This document shows positions 1-12,800 of a stretch of DNA of 64,000 nt, piece after piece (the first letter of the stretch is position 1; each line of letters starts with the position of its first letter). Source of the DNA: Tubulanus polymorphus (lineage: Eukaryota; Animalia; Nemertea); NCBI RefSeq assembly GCF_964204645.1, contig NC_134031.1, forward strand, positions 3,286,001 through 3,350,000, read 5' to 3'. The translations under genes were made by a program, and so were the position numbers. Under the pieces are notes generated by a model, which saw nothing but the letters and a program-made list of their open reading frames with translations, searched no databases and was not told where the DNA came from.

Positions 1-1607
1 ATTTTTACATGGTTGGTCACCGTAGCAATAATGCGAATAATGCGACAGTTCAATTCTGAAGAGATGAATACGCTGTGATTAATTTGCTATGATGTTTGGG
101 TGGAGTCGTCATCGAACGGTTCTCTGCTGATGAATGCTGTGTGCGTCAACAGTTGCGCCATCTGAGTTCTCGTTTCGAGACCAAACGACCGTTCGCCGCA
201 TCTTTCATTTATGTTCATTCGTAAAAAACTGAAAAAAATGTTCTGCAAAAAATGTAAGGTAATAATTTGGCAAGAAGTTTTTGACAGAAAGAAAAAGATT
301 ATTTTCTGAGTGAGTGTTGCACGAATGGATTTGAATGACAATCATCTCGCTGTACTTATGCGGATAAATAATTCTTAAGTCTTTGTATATGTTGTTACCG
401 TCACTTCGTCCATTCCTCGCTTGCCGCGGCCCGAGCTGGTCGTCTCGTCGATCGACAGGCCTCCTCGAAACTCTCCCCGGCAAGCGAGGAGGTTACAATT
501 TGCTCCGTGATCGTAGACTCGTTGAAATGCTCCTCATGTGCTCAAATGTAAGCGATATTTCTTTGCAACACTCACGGTTCGATCAGACAAGGTAGGCTAT
601 ATAGAGCGACTTTCGATTAGGAAGAAATGAGACAATTCTTAAACTGGGTTTAAAACAGTTTAAGGCGGTTTAAAACAGTTTTTAGAGTAGCATCCATGCT
701 TTTTGTGTGGTATAGAGATAGCAAGGGTAAAAATGATACGCTAGTTCCATGGCCTAGACATATTGTACGCGCGCTTGTATTTTGAAATTTAAATCTTCAT
801 ATTTCTTCGTTAGAAAAATGTGGAGAGGCGGCGCCGCGGCAAATTAATTGAGTTTGGATATTTGAAAATACCACATGAGTTCGTAGTTGAAGTTTAGGGA
901 TGAATAGTAGTAGCTTAGATCATCCAGTATCCCAAGTACGTCCATTGCAATTGGCCGTATATCCACATGATTTCAGTGAAATCTTTACACTATTCAAAAC
1001 ACCCTATATTTTTAGTATAATGTCTACTTCAAGGCCATTCAATGACGCTTCACCGAATGCAGAACCTGGGCTACTGTTCGCCCCCTAACGTCAACTACGA
1101 ACCTCTGTCGGAAAATACCGATCGAATTATCGTTCAGTTTATGCGGTGCTGTCACGATTAATCCGATTGCTCCAATTCCTAGTTAACGAGTATTGCATTG
1201 ACGGCGTATTCGAGTGATATATGATAATAATACATTGATAATAAATATTCTTGGCTTCTTGAATAAATAAAAAGGTGACACTGAATTTAGCCATAAATGC
1301 ATTTTCTATTTTGTATGTGTCTTGTTGTTAATATATTTAAACGTTAATATAATTACTATTGTTGTTATATCATTGGTGTTTTTCCTTCCAGCATGTATTC
1401 ACTGTGTAAATAAATGACATAAAATCGGGAAACACTGATGTTTGATTCTCTTTACGTCGTTAGCGTTTCTATTCGTCGTTTCTAAACATTACATCTGGAA
1501 AAAAATGGCGCTTGTGTTGTAAAATTTCTACAGTTCGGTTTATGTGTATATGCCACTTCAAAGTGACTTTCCGATCGAGTTCCATCTGGCCCACAGGAGT
1601 ACTTTAA

Positions 1608-1894
1608 CCCTTTCAGTGCTGACTAATTAATACCCTATAGTGCTGGAGAAATTTTGAAAATTCTAAAAAATTCCACCCTAGTGTGTTGAACAATGGGAAT
1701 ACCACTATAGTGCGTCTACACCGCAGTGCGGTGTATCGTTAGTTACTAGTATTCACTATGTTTGACACTTGCTGCCATTTTTCAATAGAGATAATTACAA
1801 ATTACTAATTACATCAATACACCGCAGTGCGGTGTACTAGCAAAATCCATCACTGATTTATACACCGCACCGCGGTGTAGACGCACTGAAAGGG
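1608..1894. mobile_element. piggyBac-type MITE (287 bp)
   Basis: TIRs CCCTTTCAGTGC...GCACTGAAAGGG flanked by TTAA at 1604-1607 and 1895-1898. Three internal palindromes of the type TACACCGCAGTGCGGTGTA. No coding capacity. Confidence 0.9.
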
Positions 1895-2183
1895 TTAAAC
1901 GAAAGTAAAAAGGCGTGTGTAACATACGAGAGCGCGAAGCTCTAGTTCATTTGAAAGTATGTAGCCCTAGTCGAATATTAACACGTCGGTATCATACAGC
2001 GCCAGAGGGCTTCGTACTGAAGAAAAAAACTATGAAATGTATATACATGCACTAGTTTTGTCATTTTATCGCGAAGCAAATTCGTCATGAATGAATTTCG
2101 TATTTCTCCGGAGAAAGATACGCAAAAGGTAAAACGAAACATAATACAATAGAACTAGCTTAATTTGGAAACTGGATTTTCAC

Positions 2184-2335
2184 TTAATTCGGATGCAAAA
2201 TACTTGGTAAATTTAACCCGGAACCCATAATGAGTTTCCTCGACGTATTCATGATGGCGAATGACAAAAAGCGCCCGTTTTGCGGTATTTATTCAAAATT
2301 CCGAACACAGGCCGCCATCGGGCCCTCGAGATGGC
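2184..2335 (-). pseudogene. Truncated duplicate of the antistasin-like gene's exon 1 and 5' flank
   Basis: GAGTTTCCTCGACGTATTCATGATG and GGCCGCCATCGGGCCC match 6166-6258. It reads MNTSRKL from ATG 2252, then diverges and stops after 22 aa (TAA 2184-2186). Confidence 0.7.
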
Positions 2336-2451
2336 TTTGCGTTGCAACAAGTTCTACAGTTCGGGTTATGTATGGTCTACGTATTTAGTATAGACATTTT
2401 CGCGCCCGGGTGAATGCATCTGCCACTTCCCGGTGACGCTACGATCGAATT

Positions 2452-2980
2452 TCATCTGCCCCACCGAGTTATTCCATCTGCCCCACAGGATTACTTCCAT
2501 CCGCCCCACATGAGTACTTCCATCTGCCCCACGGGAGTACTTCCATCCGCCCCACAGTAGTACTTCCATCTGCCCCACGGGAGTACTTCCATCCGCCCCA
2601 CAGTAGTACTTCCATCTGCCCCACAGGAGTACTTCCATCTGCCCCACAGTAGTATTTCCATCTTCCCCACGGGAGTACTTCCATCTGCCCCACGGGAGTA
2701 CTTCCATCTGCCCCACAGTAGTGCTTCCATCTGCCCCACGGGAGTACTTCCATCTGCCCCACATGAGTACTTCCATCTACCCCACGGGAGTACTTCTATC
2801 TGCCCCACGGGAGTACTTCCATCTGCCCCACAGGAGTACTTCCATCTGCCCCACGGGAGTAATTCCATCTGCTCCACGGGAGTACTTCCATCTGCCCCAC
2901 AGGAGTAATTCCATCTGCTACACAGGAGTACTTCCAGCTGCCCCACAGGAGTACTTCCATCTGCCATACAGGAGTACTTC
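2452..2980. repeat. 23-bp minisatellite, ~23 copies (CCCCACRGGAGTACTTCCATCTG)
   Basis: Directly visible head-to-tail units with point variants and no spacers. It accounts for the repetitive ORFs at 2366-3038. Confidence 0.95.
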
Positions 2981-4019
2981 AACCGAAGTTAAAAAGACAC
3001 CTGTAACACATGAGATCGTGAAGCTCTTGTTCACCTGAAAGCAACTGATAATGTGTCCTAGTAAATTATCCCTTGAAGAATATAAACGCTAATAATTTGA
3101 TAGCTCGCGCCTGTGAATGAGGGACTGGGTGCTAAAAATGTTCGGAACGTGAACCATACTATAATCCTCGTTATTAATCACTCTCTCAATATCTAGTTCT
3201 GTCGCTTATCGTCGAGAAAGATAAACAGTAAAAAAACAAGAAACACAACCATTCAACGATGACTAAAATCTAGAATCTATGCAATCTATGCTAATTCAAT
3301 ATGATTGATTTATTCGATTCAGACGTGTTCGATTTAAACAGTGTTCCGAATGAAAGAAAGTAATGGTCTGAGAAGGTCGCCAAATCCATGGATTTACGGC
3401 ATCTGAAGAAAGAAGACATGATATATATGATTCATAATAGTAGTTTTCTATAATCCTCACCCCAAACCTCCCTGTGAATTTCAGGATAAACGATTATCTA
3501 TCCCGTTCAACCGGGGTAATTTTTGACGCGTAAAAATCGTTACAAAAATGATTTTTTTGACATTGTAAACTACGATTTGTAATCAAATATATTCCATAAC
3601 TCTTATTTTCTATTCCAATCAATGAATAGATGTGTTTTTGATAATGAATTTTGATGAGCCCTACGTCTCCAATATTGGGGTTAAAAATCAATTGTCGATA
3701 TATCCACAATCAAAATAACTTGACTATATATTATCCATTGTCGAAAATATCTAGAAATATACACGTTTTGCTTTTCAAGGCGTCAACAAACTTTTAAGAG
3801 AGTGTTTTGTTATAATATCATTTCATTATATATCGATTTATTCAAAATCACTTTATTGAAATCATTCGTTGTCAATAATATACAATACATGTTTTATTTT
3901 TCTTCAAGGCGTCAATAAACTTTCAAGTTAGTTTTCTAGTTAATGACGATTTTTGTAGCTTTATATCCGTGCACCACGGAAATTCTGATCGTGTACAAGT
4001 TCTGCGCTACTTACTTGAT

Positions 4020-6186
4020 TTAATCAAACGATTCTACGAGGTCTTTTGGAAGGAGAGTTTTCACGAGCGGAAATGCGTTTTGCTTAATATTCTGCCCATC
4101 GTCCTCTTTTTTCCCCTTTCCTGAAACAAAAATCGAAAAAAAGGTGCAGAATCACTTCTGGAAAAGGACATTTTCATTGCGTTCGAAGAAGCCATTCCGA
4201 AGAAACAGCTCAATAATAATATCGAACATTTTTGGATAATAGTTGAAAACGAGGGTATTTTTCTGAAACTGAATTTGCATTTCTACAAACCTATCTTGCA
4301 TGTGCAACTTATGCAGCTTCCTATGAAGCCGTTCGGGCATCGTTCTCGACATATCTTACAAAACGCTGAATAGAAAAAAAACATGATGATTCAATTGCGA
4401 ATCAATCCTGATTAAATTTCTACGAAATTGCGTTCCCCTTCAAGCGTACGCACCTCGTTCTACTTCTTTGCATTTTCCGCAAATTGGACACCCCTTTTTA
4501 TCGTTTACTTGTTCGTGGCCATCTTTACAGGGACTTTCTGTACATTCGCTGCATTCTGAAATTGTGTAAATCATATGGACGGTCGTAGAGATACAGTGAA
4601 TTAAAGATCTGTATAAACCAGAATCAGACTCACAGCTAGTTCTCCCCCTTCCTAATTGATTTCTATCCGAAATACAAAATAAAAGATGAAATGAATTACT
4701 TACATAGGTGTGTCAAGCCACCCAATTTAAAAAGAATCCGCATTTTTATTTGCAATATTTTTTTCACAAGAATTACAATTTTCACCATTGAAGTCGTTAT
4801 TTCGAGGCATGAATAAATGCTACGTGTAGTACGTTTTAAATTGATAGACCTTGATTGATTCCATTTCACGATATCATAGTTTTGTTATACATGTACATTC
4901 ATAGGATTCATTAAGCATAGTAGAGTAGATATGACTTTTAATTTGAGCATAAAAAGAATGAAAGTTGGGAGGCATCTGCCTAGTGATTAAAAAAAAACGG
5001 CTTACTTACCCTTGATTTCTTTGCATTTACCACATTTTGGGCAGCCGTTCTTTTTCATAACTTGTCTGTAACCTTTTGGGCAGACAAATTTACATTCCAT
5101 ACACGCTAAAATTGTACAATCGTCGTATTAATGGTTGGTTGTGCTTCACTCAACGGTACTATGTACATTCTCGACACCACCCCAGAAATTGAGCCCTGGG
5201 CCTAGCACCTATATATTTCTATCTACCCGGTAGGTATTGTGCAAAAAAACAGCTTACTTACACTTGATTTCTTTGCATTGACCACAGTCTGGGCAGCCGT
5301 TCTTTTTCATAACTTGTCTGTAACCTTTTGGGCAGACAAATTTACATTCCATACACGCTAAAATTGTACAATCGTCGTATTAATGGTTGGTTGTGCTTCA
5401 CTCAACGATACTATGTACATTCTCGCCACCACCCCAGAAATTGAGCCCTGGGCCTAGCACCTATATATTTCTATCTAAATATTGTTAAAAAAACAGCTTA
5501 CTTACACTTGATTTCTTTGCATTCACCACAGTCTGGGCAGCCGTTCTCTTTCATAACTTGTCTGTAACCTTTTGGGCAGGCAAATTTACATTCCATACAC
5601 GCTAAAATTGTACAATCGTCGTGTTAATGGTTGGTTGTGCTTCACTCAACGGTACTGTGTACATTATCGCCACCACTCCAGAAATTGAGCCCTGGGCCTA
5701 GCACCTATATATTTCTATCTACCCGGTAAGTATTGTGCAAAAAAACAGCTTACTTACACTTGATTTCTTTGCATTCACCACAGTCTGGGCAGCCGTTCTC
5801 TTTCATAACTTGTCTGTAACCCTTTGGGCAGACAAATTTACATTCCATACACGCTAAAATTGTACAATCGTATTAATGATTTTTTGTGCTTCACTCAACG
5901 TTACTGTGTACATTCTCGACACCACTCCAGAAATTGAGCCCAGGGCCTAGTACCAAACTTTTTCTATCTAAGTATTGTGCAAACGGAATCCTAATTACGA
6001 AAATTCTCGAAGCAAAAACATAAGATTCGCGCGATGGCACGGAATTATTTCAAACCACATCGAAGGGTCTTCCATGGTTCGAGATCAGAACTTACGTTCC
6101 CCATTTTCGTCTGTAACACTTTCAGCAATTACTGCAAAGAAAAACAAAATTGCGACGCAAATAACGAGTTTCCTCGACGTATTCAT
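4020..6186 (-). CDS. Secreted antistasin-type (6-Cys module) serine protease inhibitor-like protein, 250 aa, 8 coding exons
   Basis: Exons (minus strand): 6186-6096 (signal peptide MNTSRKLVICVAILFFFAVIAES...); 5853-5758, 5601-5506, 5357-5262, 5105-5010 (each 96 nt, CMECKF[VA]CPKGYRQVMK[EK]NGCP[DK]CG[EQK]CKEIK); 4555-4454 (CSECTESPCKDGHEQVNDKKGCPICGKC); 4365-4291 (CKICRERCPNGFIGSCISCTC); 4120-4020 (GKGKKEDD...ESFD*). All junctions are GT-AG and phase 1, total 753 nt. The CxxxCPxGY/F...NGCxxC spacing matches antistasin modules. Probable 3'UTR exon at about 3402-3300 with AATAAA. Confidence 0.85.
4990..5985. repeat. Tandem array of four ~244-252 bp exon+intron units
   Basis: Near-identical units with periods of 252, 244 and 252 bp. 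Each unit holds one 96-nt exon with a TTTTAG acceptor and a GTAAGT donor on the minus strand. Confidence 0.95.
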
Positions 6187-6853
6187 GATGACGAATGAAA
6201 AAAAAACACGTTATGCGATCCGAACACCGGGTCACCACCTGGCCGCCATCGGGCCCTTGAGATCGATGGGAGACATCGCGCCAAACTTTATGTAGAAACA
6301 GATGTAGGATAGTGTCCGTAAAGTGCTGCCACCTAGCCGCAATATACACTTTTAGCTTACAGAAATAGTGCGTCTAGTTTTGACCAACGGACGAAATTAT
6401 CACATAAGGTGATAGTGAAATATCGCATTTAATGTGACAGTTTTTATGTAATTAGTTTAATTAATTGCATTACAATGAGTAATTGAAAGTGGTTGATTGG
6501 CGGTTGAGCGGCGCGTATTGATATATACTACATGAACCAGGAAGTAAGTTTCAATATGGCGCGAGAATGGAATATTTGAACATTTTTTGCGGATAGAAAT
6601 ACTGAATTTAAACAGTTTATACGGGTCTGTACGATCATTTTATAATCTAGATACGCGGCAGTCCCTTGCAATTTATATAAGACGGATTTGATTTGTTAGG
6701 AATGGGACTCTACCGAGCTTTAAAAGGCTTGAAGCGACCCATCTAGAAACCGAAGATAACCTCTCGAAATCTCTTTTTATGATTGTTAAACTTTACTGTG
6801 TGTAACTACTGGAATTGAAAACTTTTTGGTATGGTTCCAGGTTCAATGAAAGA

Positions 6854-9800
6854 ATGTCTTCCAATGAATATTCAGTTGGACAAGACGTCCTGAATCGCTG
6901 GTGTGATGGTCTGTTTTATTTAGGAAAGGTGTTGAAGGTAAGTGTATGAAACCATTGGCATTGTTCTTGACCTTGTGTCATTGTCAGTCAATCAATGATA
7001 ATCAAATTTCAGATCAACTGCTTAACTCTTCTAAAAACAATTTGATATCTTTACTGATTCCACAGAGGCTTGTCACAATTCGATGGAGGATGATACCAGC
7101 AGCATCCCAGTAAGAAAAGGATACTGTACTGGTATCATCCATCCTCCTCCATCAAATTGTGACAAGCCTCTGAATGATGCTGTTAATGTTTATTTCAACC
7201 TGACTTGAGAGCATACCGGGTCGGTGGCCTAGCTCAGTCAGTTTTGGTGGTACATACCTGATAGAAGTCTTATTTGGACCAGAAAGCACTGGCAGTGGAC
7301 CTAAATCATCATTTTTTAATCCATTTGAAACTATTGAAGGATATCCTCTGAGCTAGCGCACCCGGTATGCTCTCAAGTCAGGTTGAAATTTCACCAAGAA
7401 CCTTAGTGTCTGATGTACCACAGACACTAAGACACGAACGACATTTTCTCGATACTCTTAAATCACTGTGACTTTAAACCACCAGAAATCCAGTTTCACC
7501 AAATCGATTGTGAAAAATAAACTATCATTACAAACCTCACATATTCAGTTTTTTATAATTATTATGTTCATTCGGAGGTTCCTTCATTATACTCCGTGCT
7601 TGATGCGATATAAATACAGAAATAGCAAAAATGACACCATTTTTTCACTTTGAAACTAGGCATTATAACACTGTAGTTCGTTAGCAACAAGACACTTGAG
7701 CGATGCGTGTCTCATCGCTAATCAGCGCATCATTTTTGTATCTTAAATTTAATCGTACTAAAATCAGATTTATCATCAAAATGATATAATGTAAAATGTA
7801 AGACATCATAAGGTTAGTGTAGATAGTTTATTTATCAAAATCGGTTGTTTATTTGCTGAGATATCGCAGTTTGAACACAGGCAAAAATGCCGACAGTAGT
7901 TCTGTCGGCAAAAGTCACGCGAATTTGAATGAATGTGTCTGGGTGGGTGCTTACACAGGATCGTAGAGCAACGTAGATACACTGTGGAGACAGCCACTGC
8001 CAGGACTGGGTGAAGTTGAAATAAACATTAGCCTTAAATTGATTTGGAAGTTTTTCCTTCAGTTAACGAAGCTGTATGTCCCATGCTGTTCAATAATCAT
8101 TGCCATGATATAGCAAATCATCTCGAGGTTTTCAAATTCCTGAACACGAACTTGACTTTGATTTTACACGTAGGTTGACGTGAAAAAAGATCGCTGTTAC
8201 ATCAAATATGAAGATAAATCAGAAGGCTGGGCTCAGTATAAAGACCTACGTACTGCGATTCTACCTGAAAATGAAATCTGTTGCAGTGTTTGCAGCGGTG
8301 TCGAGTCAGTCATTCCTAATGAGATTGTGCTTTGTGATAAATGCGGCCACGGTATGTGATATCAGTCCCGTCATCGAAACTGTAGGTTCCCTGAGAATAT
8401 CCTTGTAGTCTTTATACCAACCGCTGTTCACCGTTCAGGCCATCGGTTACCAGCGGAATTTTAAAGTGCCTTTTTATTTTTTCTAAATATATAACCGGTT
8501 CCTTGACTAAATGCCTCTCAGAGATGCTCAGAAAGCTCTAAAATGATAGTAAAATTTCAACAATTTTGCTGATATGCCTTTCCGCCCTAAATTAAGAATA
8601 TATGCCCTTTTTATTGGTCGACATGGTCTCAACATGCCCCCAATATGCCCCTGTATCCGCCCCTGCTACTCAGAGAATCAGAAAAAAATCTGCAAATTTG
8701 ACAAATTTTTCCTGGCCCCCTAAGAACATCCTTGTCTCTTTCTCCGCTGAGCACCTTTCAGGCCATGGATTACGGGTACTAAACTCAGAGAATCGGAAAG
8801 AAATCAGAAACCTTTTGACAAATTTATCCAAAAACCTGGAAAACATAGCGAACTCAGATATGTGTTTCTCTGTTAATACGTGATTCATGAAAAATTTATT
8901 ATTCTAAGCCTAATGGTTTTCTTAAACTAAACCAAAACATTTCTCCATTCACCTGCCGTGAATACACATGTTGAATTTTGTGTTTATAACCATGGAAAAG
9001 TTGGGGAATATTTGGGGGGAGGTGGACATCTTTAACTAAACCAAAACATTTCGGGGGAGGTGGACACCCCCTGTTATAACTAGCCTCAGCAACTTCAACC
9101 CTGATTCCTCTTTCTCAATATGCGGTTGTATTTACAGTATGTGTTTTCGACTTATTTTAGGTTATCACCAGAAATGTCATTCACCTGTGATTGAAGACAT
9201 GGTTTTACAACCGGACGTACCTTGGTTCTGTCGACAATGCGTATTCGCGTTGGCCACTAAGGTATGTGTACAATCCATCTTTCTTAGAAGAACACACGGA
9301 CAATCTCAATCCAGTAGGCCTAATCCTTGGATTAGTCATCTCTATTTTCGAGTCACAATTGGTATTTCCAGTGTAAGGCTCTTGTTATCTACATTCTCTT
9401 TCAATTGTCAATTTTGCCAGCTCTTCCACCTTCGTGACGGCAGAAAATTTCTCTGCCCAGCACAATTGAAAAGGGCCAAGTTTTCGTTCCTGTGTCTATA
9501 AGCCATCAACACAATAATTGTCCCAACTATGACAACTTCAAAGACAAGATCAACAACCTTACGCGATTTAAACGGATTATAAAATGTCAGTTCGACGTGG
9601 TTTCGATTATTGATTATTCATTTGACTTCTCGTTTCAGAAAGGTGGGGCTGCAAAGAAGGGCCCAAACGGTAAGCTGCATGCTAATAAAAACGCTGGTAA
9701 GAATGATCCTTTTTCCTCCTATCCCGTTGTTGTTGTCGTAAGCACTATCAATGTGTGTCTCTGGTGGTTTGCACGGCACTGTGTGGAGGTTTCGTTCATT

Positions 9801-12800
9801 CGTCACAAGCGTTTTTCTTTTTTAAACATATCGCGACATTCTCCGACATATAGGGGGCGTAGCAACATTGGGAAAACATGATTGAAGGCTAGCGAGTATC
9901 TCCCGCAAGCTACTGGGCCTAATGCCAACACTAACAAAATATTCTTAGTTCTGAAAGTGGAGCTTTCTTGCTGAGGCCAACTATAAATCCCAGTGTTAAG
10001 CCACGTTCGCAAGCAGACTTCCAGGATGAATTTGATATTTTGGACTTAGCTGCGCTCCTTCCTGCTTATAGCAAAAATACCTACATGTATCTAGCTGCTT
10101 ACTTATTGTAGTCGATCCAGGGTTCATACTACAACTACTCGATTCCTTGAAAACTGCTCTCAATTGATCAATTGTTTTCACCTCTTCATTTTGAGAGAAA
10201 TTCCTTGAATGTTTGCAATTTACGTGGTTAAAAGTTTGCATGTGGCCTTTATATCAACAAATTACCCCGTAGATTTAAAACTATAAAAAGGGGGCCCAGT
10301 GCATAATACAAATTCCATTTTGTACATTTTCTCAGTATTTTGTCGGAATGCTTGATATTACCATTAATGTAAACACCTGCTAATTTTGCTCATCCTGGAA
10401 TGATGAAGTGGTGTGAACCCTGTAAGTGTTTGTGTGTGGTCTGAATGAAGTGTTCATTGTCCATTAATTTATAGCATTGTTGCAGATTCAGATGATTATA
10501 TGTTTAGTTAGCTAAGTTTCGAATATATGGAAATTAAAAAAACCAGTAGGCTTAAAAAAATGATACCTTGTTTCTCTTTAATCAGCCAGGTCTCTTTTCT
10601 AAACCACCATAGAATTTTTCATCAGTTCATTTCTACAGTTGCCGGGTCTGTTATAGTTAAATTGATCTTGATTTTAATAAGAATAATGTACAGGGCAGAT
10701 AGGCGGCCGGTTGGGTCAACTTAAAGTACAGCAGAAATGAGAAACAATGTATCCAATCATTTTAGCCTTTTGTCTCGAACGTTATGTTATTTTGACAAAC
10801 TTATAGAATAGTTTCATTTTTTGGTTGCAGCGAAAGCCCTTTCAAAAATGAAACAAACTTTATCGTATGACGTAAGTGTTGCAGTACGTCGATGTTAGTC
10901 GAGTTCATAATTTGGAGCGTCCAATTTTCAACTTTTGAATATTATTTTTTTTAATTTCAGTTGAGTGAACTGGACTGGGATCTTCACCACAAAACCAACT
11001 TGCAGGATACATACTGCTATTGCGCCGGGCCTGGAAAGTATGTTTCAAAAATAATCTCGTCCATAAGTTAAATCTGAAAAGTGCTGATTATATGGTTTCT
11101 TAATTTAATTCTCAAAAATTCAGTAGACTCCGCATAAGTCAGATCCGTTCTACTCTGATATATTTTTTTTTTTTTTCTTTAAATATTTTTTGTGACACTT
11201 TATTGAAATACATAACAACTGACTTGAGCGAAGTCTACTGTATGTATCAAAATGATGATATATGTATTGAAAAGAATACTTGATTTTCCTGTCACTTATC
11301 AAGTGGAATTGAAATGGATACATATTTTTTTATCAGTCATCCCTCTATCTCGCTTGGAACTTGCATCATATATTAAGTATATTCCTTTAATTATGCAATA
11401 TTTGTACGCGCTTTGAGTGTTGTATAACAGATTCTGTATCGGTCATCTGTCATTCGAGACTTGTTGTCATAGCACACGCCCCGCCCACACCTCTCCCAAA
11501 ATAGATGTCTGTAAAATTTGCGATATATTTCATGTGCTTTCATTGTTCAGGGTTCGTACTACTATTTCCGGGTGGCCGCTGACCTGGAAATCTCTGGAAA
11601 TTTGGACAAATTTTTTGAAAAACCTGGAAAACTCAGGAAATTCGGATAATGCACGTGTTTCTTGATCAGTATAAATGATTCAATGAAAAATGAATGAATT
11701 GTAACATTTTAAACCTAGAAATATCTCTGATTCACCCAGAATTTTGTGTTATCGCATGGAAAACTCAGTAAACCGTAATTCTGATGTTTTCACGTTGAAT
11801 ACTTCCATAATTCTAACAGAAACCGTGTAATAGTATGAACCATGTTGTTGTTGTATTTTTACAGATGGTATTTGAAAATGTTACAGTGTTGTCGTTGTAA
11901 TCAGTGGTTCCACGAGGCGTGCGTGCAGTGTTTATCGACGCCGCTGTTGTACGGAGACCGGTTTCATATATTTGTTTGTGCTTGTTGTAACTTCGGTACG
12001 GAATACATTAAACGTATTGAGTGTACATGGTACGTTTACGATACATGATATTCATTCTTGGGACCAGTACATTAGTACGGAATTACATATTGAATTTCAC
12101 CCATACTTTACCCTAGAACCCTTCACCCTAGTAATTTTTGCTTAATTGTGAAAAATGAAAAGTACGTGATATTTCAATTTATGGATTTAGAATCTATGGA
12201 ACATCAGTCATAGAAATGATAGATCTGCTTCTCATAAAGGGTTCATGTGCATTTATGCCCTTTCTATATTTTGACTTAAGTACCTATTGAATCGTACCGG
12301 TTTATGCCAGAGCTCCTGGGTCTAGTTCCACATATGTGAGTTGAGATTTAACTCTGAGTTAACTCATTGAAAATGTACTAACTTTAACTCGGAGTTAAAT
12401 CTAACTCAGAACTGTGGAACTGGGTCCGGGCTACTGGTAAATTTGATTTAGCTGCCTTGTCACCGTATTGAATTATGATTTTATGTCAATTTTCTCCTCA
12501 GGTCCGTCGTCATTCAACTCGCTTTGTTCAATCAAACGATAACGTGCGGAAAAAAGTTTCTCGACCACAAAACGTCGATTTTACCGTGGATCGACGAAAA
12601 CATGGGCGTATTCGAAATAAAAGAGGTAAGCTTCGATCTCGCTATTAGATTACACGTTTTCAACGAGTCAGTTTTTCCTCGCGTTCCTTAAATGTCTGAT
12701 CTCATTCGGTCTGCATATTTCAGAGAGCGAATATAAGTCAAAAACAGAGGCACGAGATGGTGCTAATGGAACTAGAAAATAATTACGAATGGTGAGACTC

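Noticed and set aside
455-490. HDV-like ribozyme (CCTCCTCG resembles L3)
   Set aside because: No P3/P1 pairing partners in the required order.
87-595. Short ORFs at the left edge as a gene
   Set aside because: There are some splice-like signals on the minus strand, but no recognisable protein motif or consistent exon chain.
2452-2980. CRISPR array or repetitive protein (ORFs 2366-2776, 2469-2762, 2491-2982, 2721-3038)
   Set aside because: The units are contiguous with no unique spacers, there are no cas genes and the context is eukaryotic. The ORFs are by-products of a stop-poor 23-bp repeat.
2978-3034. Selenocysteine or three-finger-like exon (EQELHDLMCYRCLFNFG*)
   Set aside because: The paralogous block has TAA and a MITE at the equivalent position, and no SECIS or further Cys pattern was found. 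At best a decayed exon.
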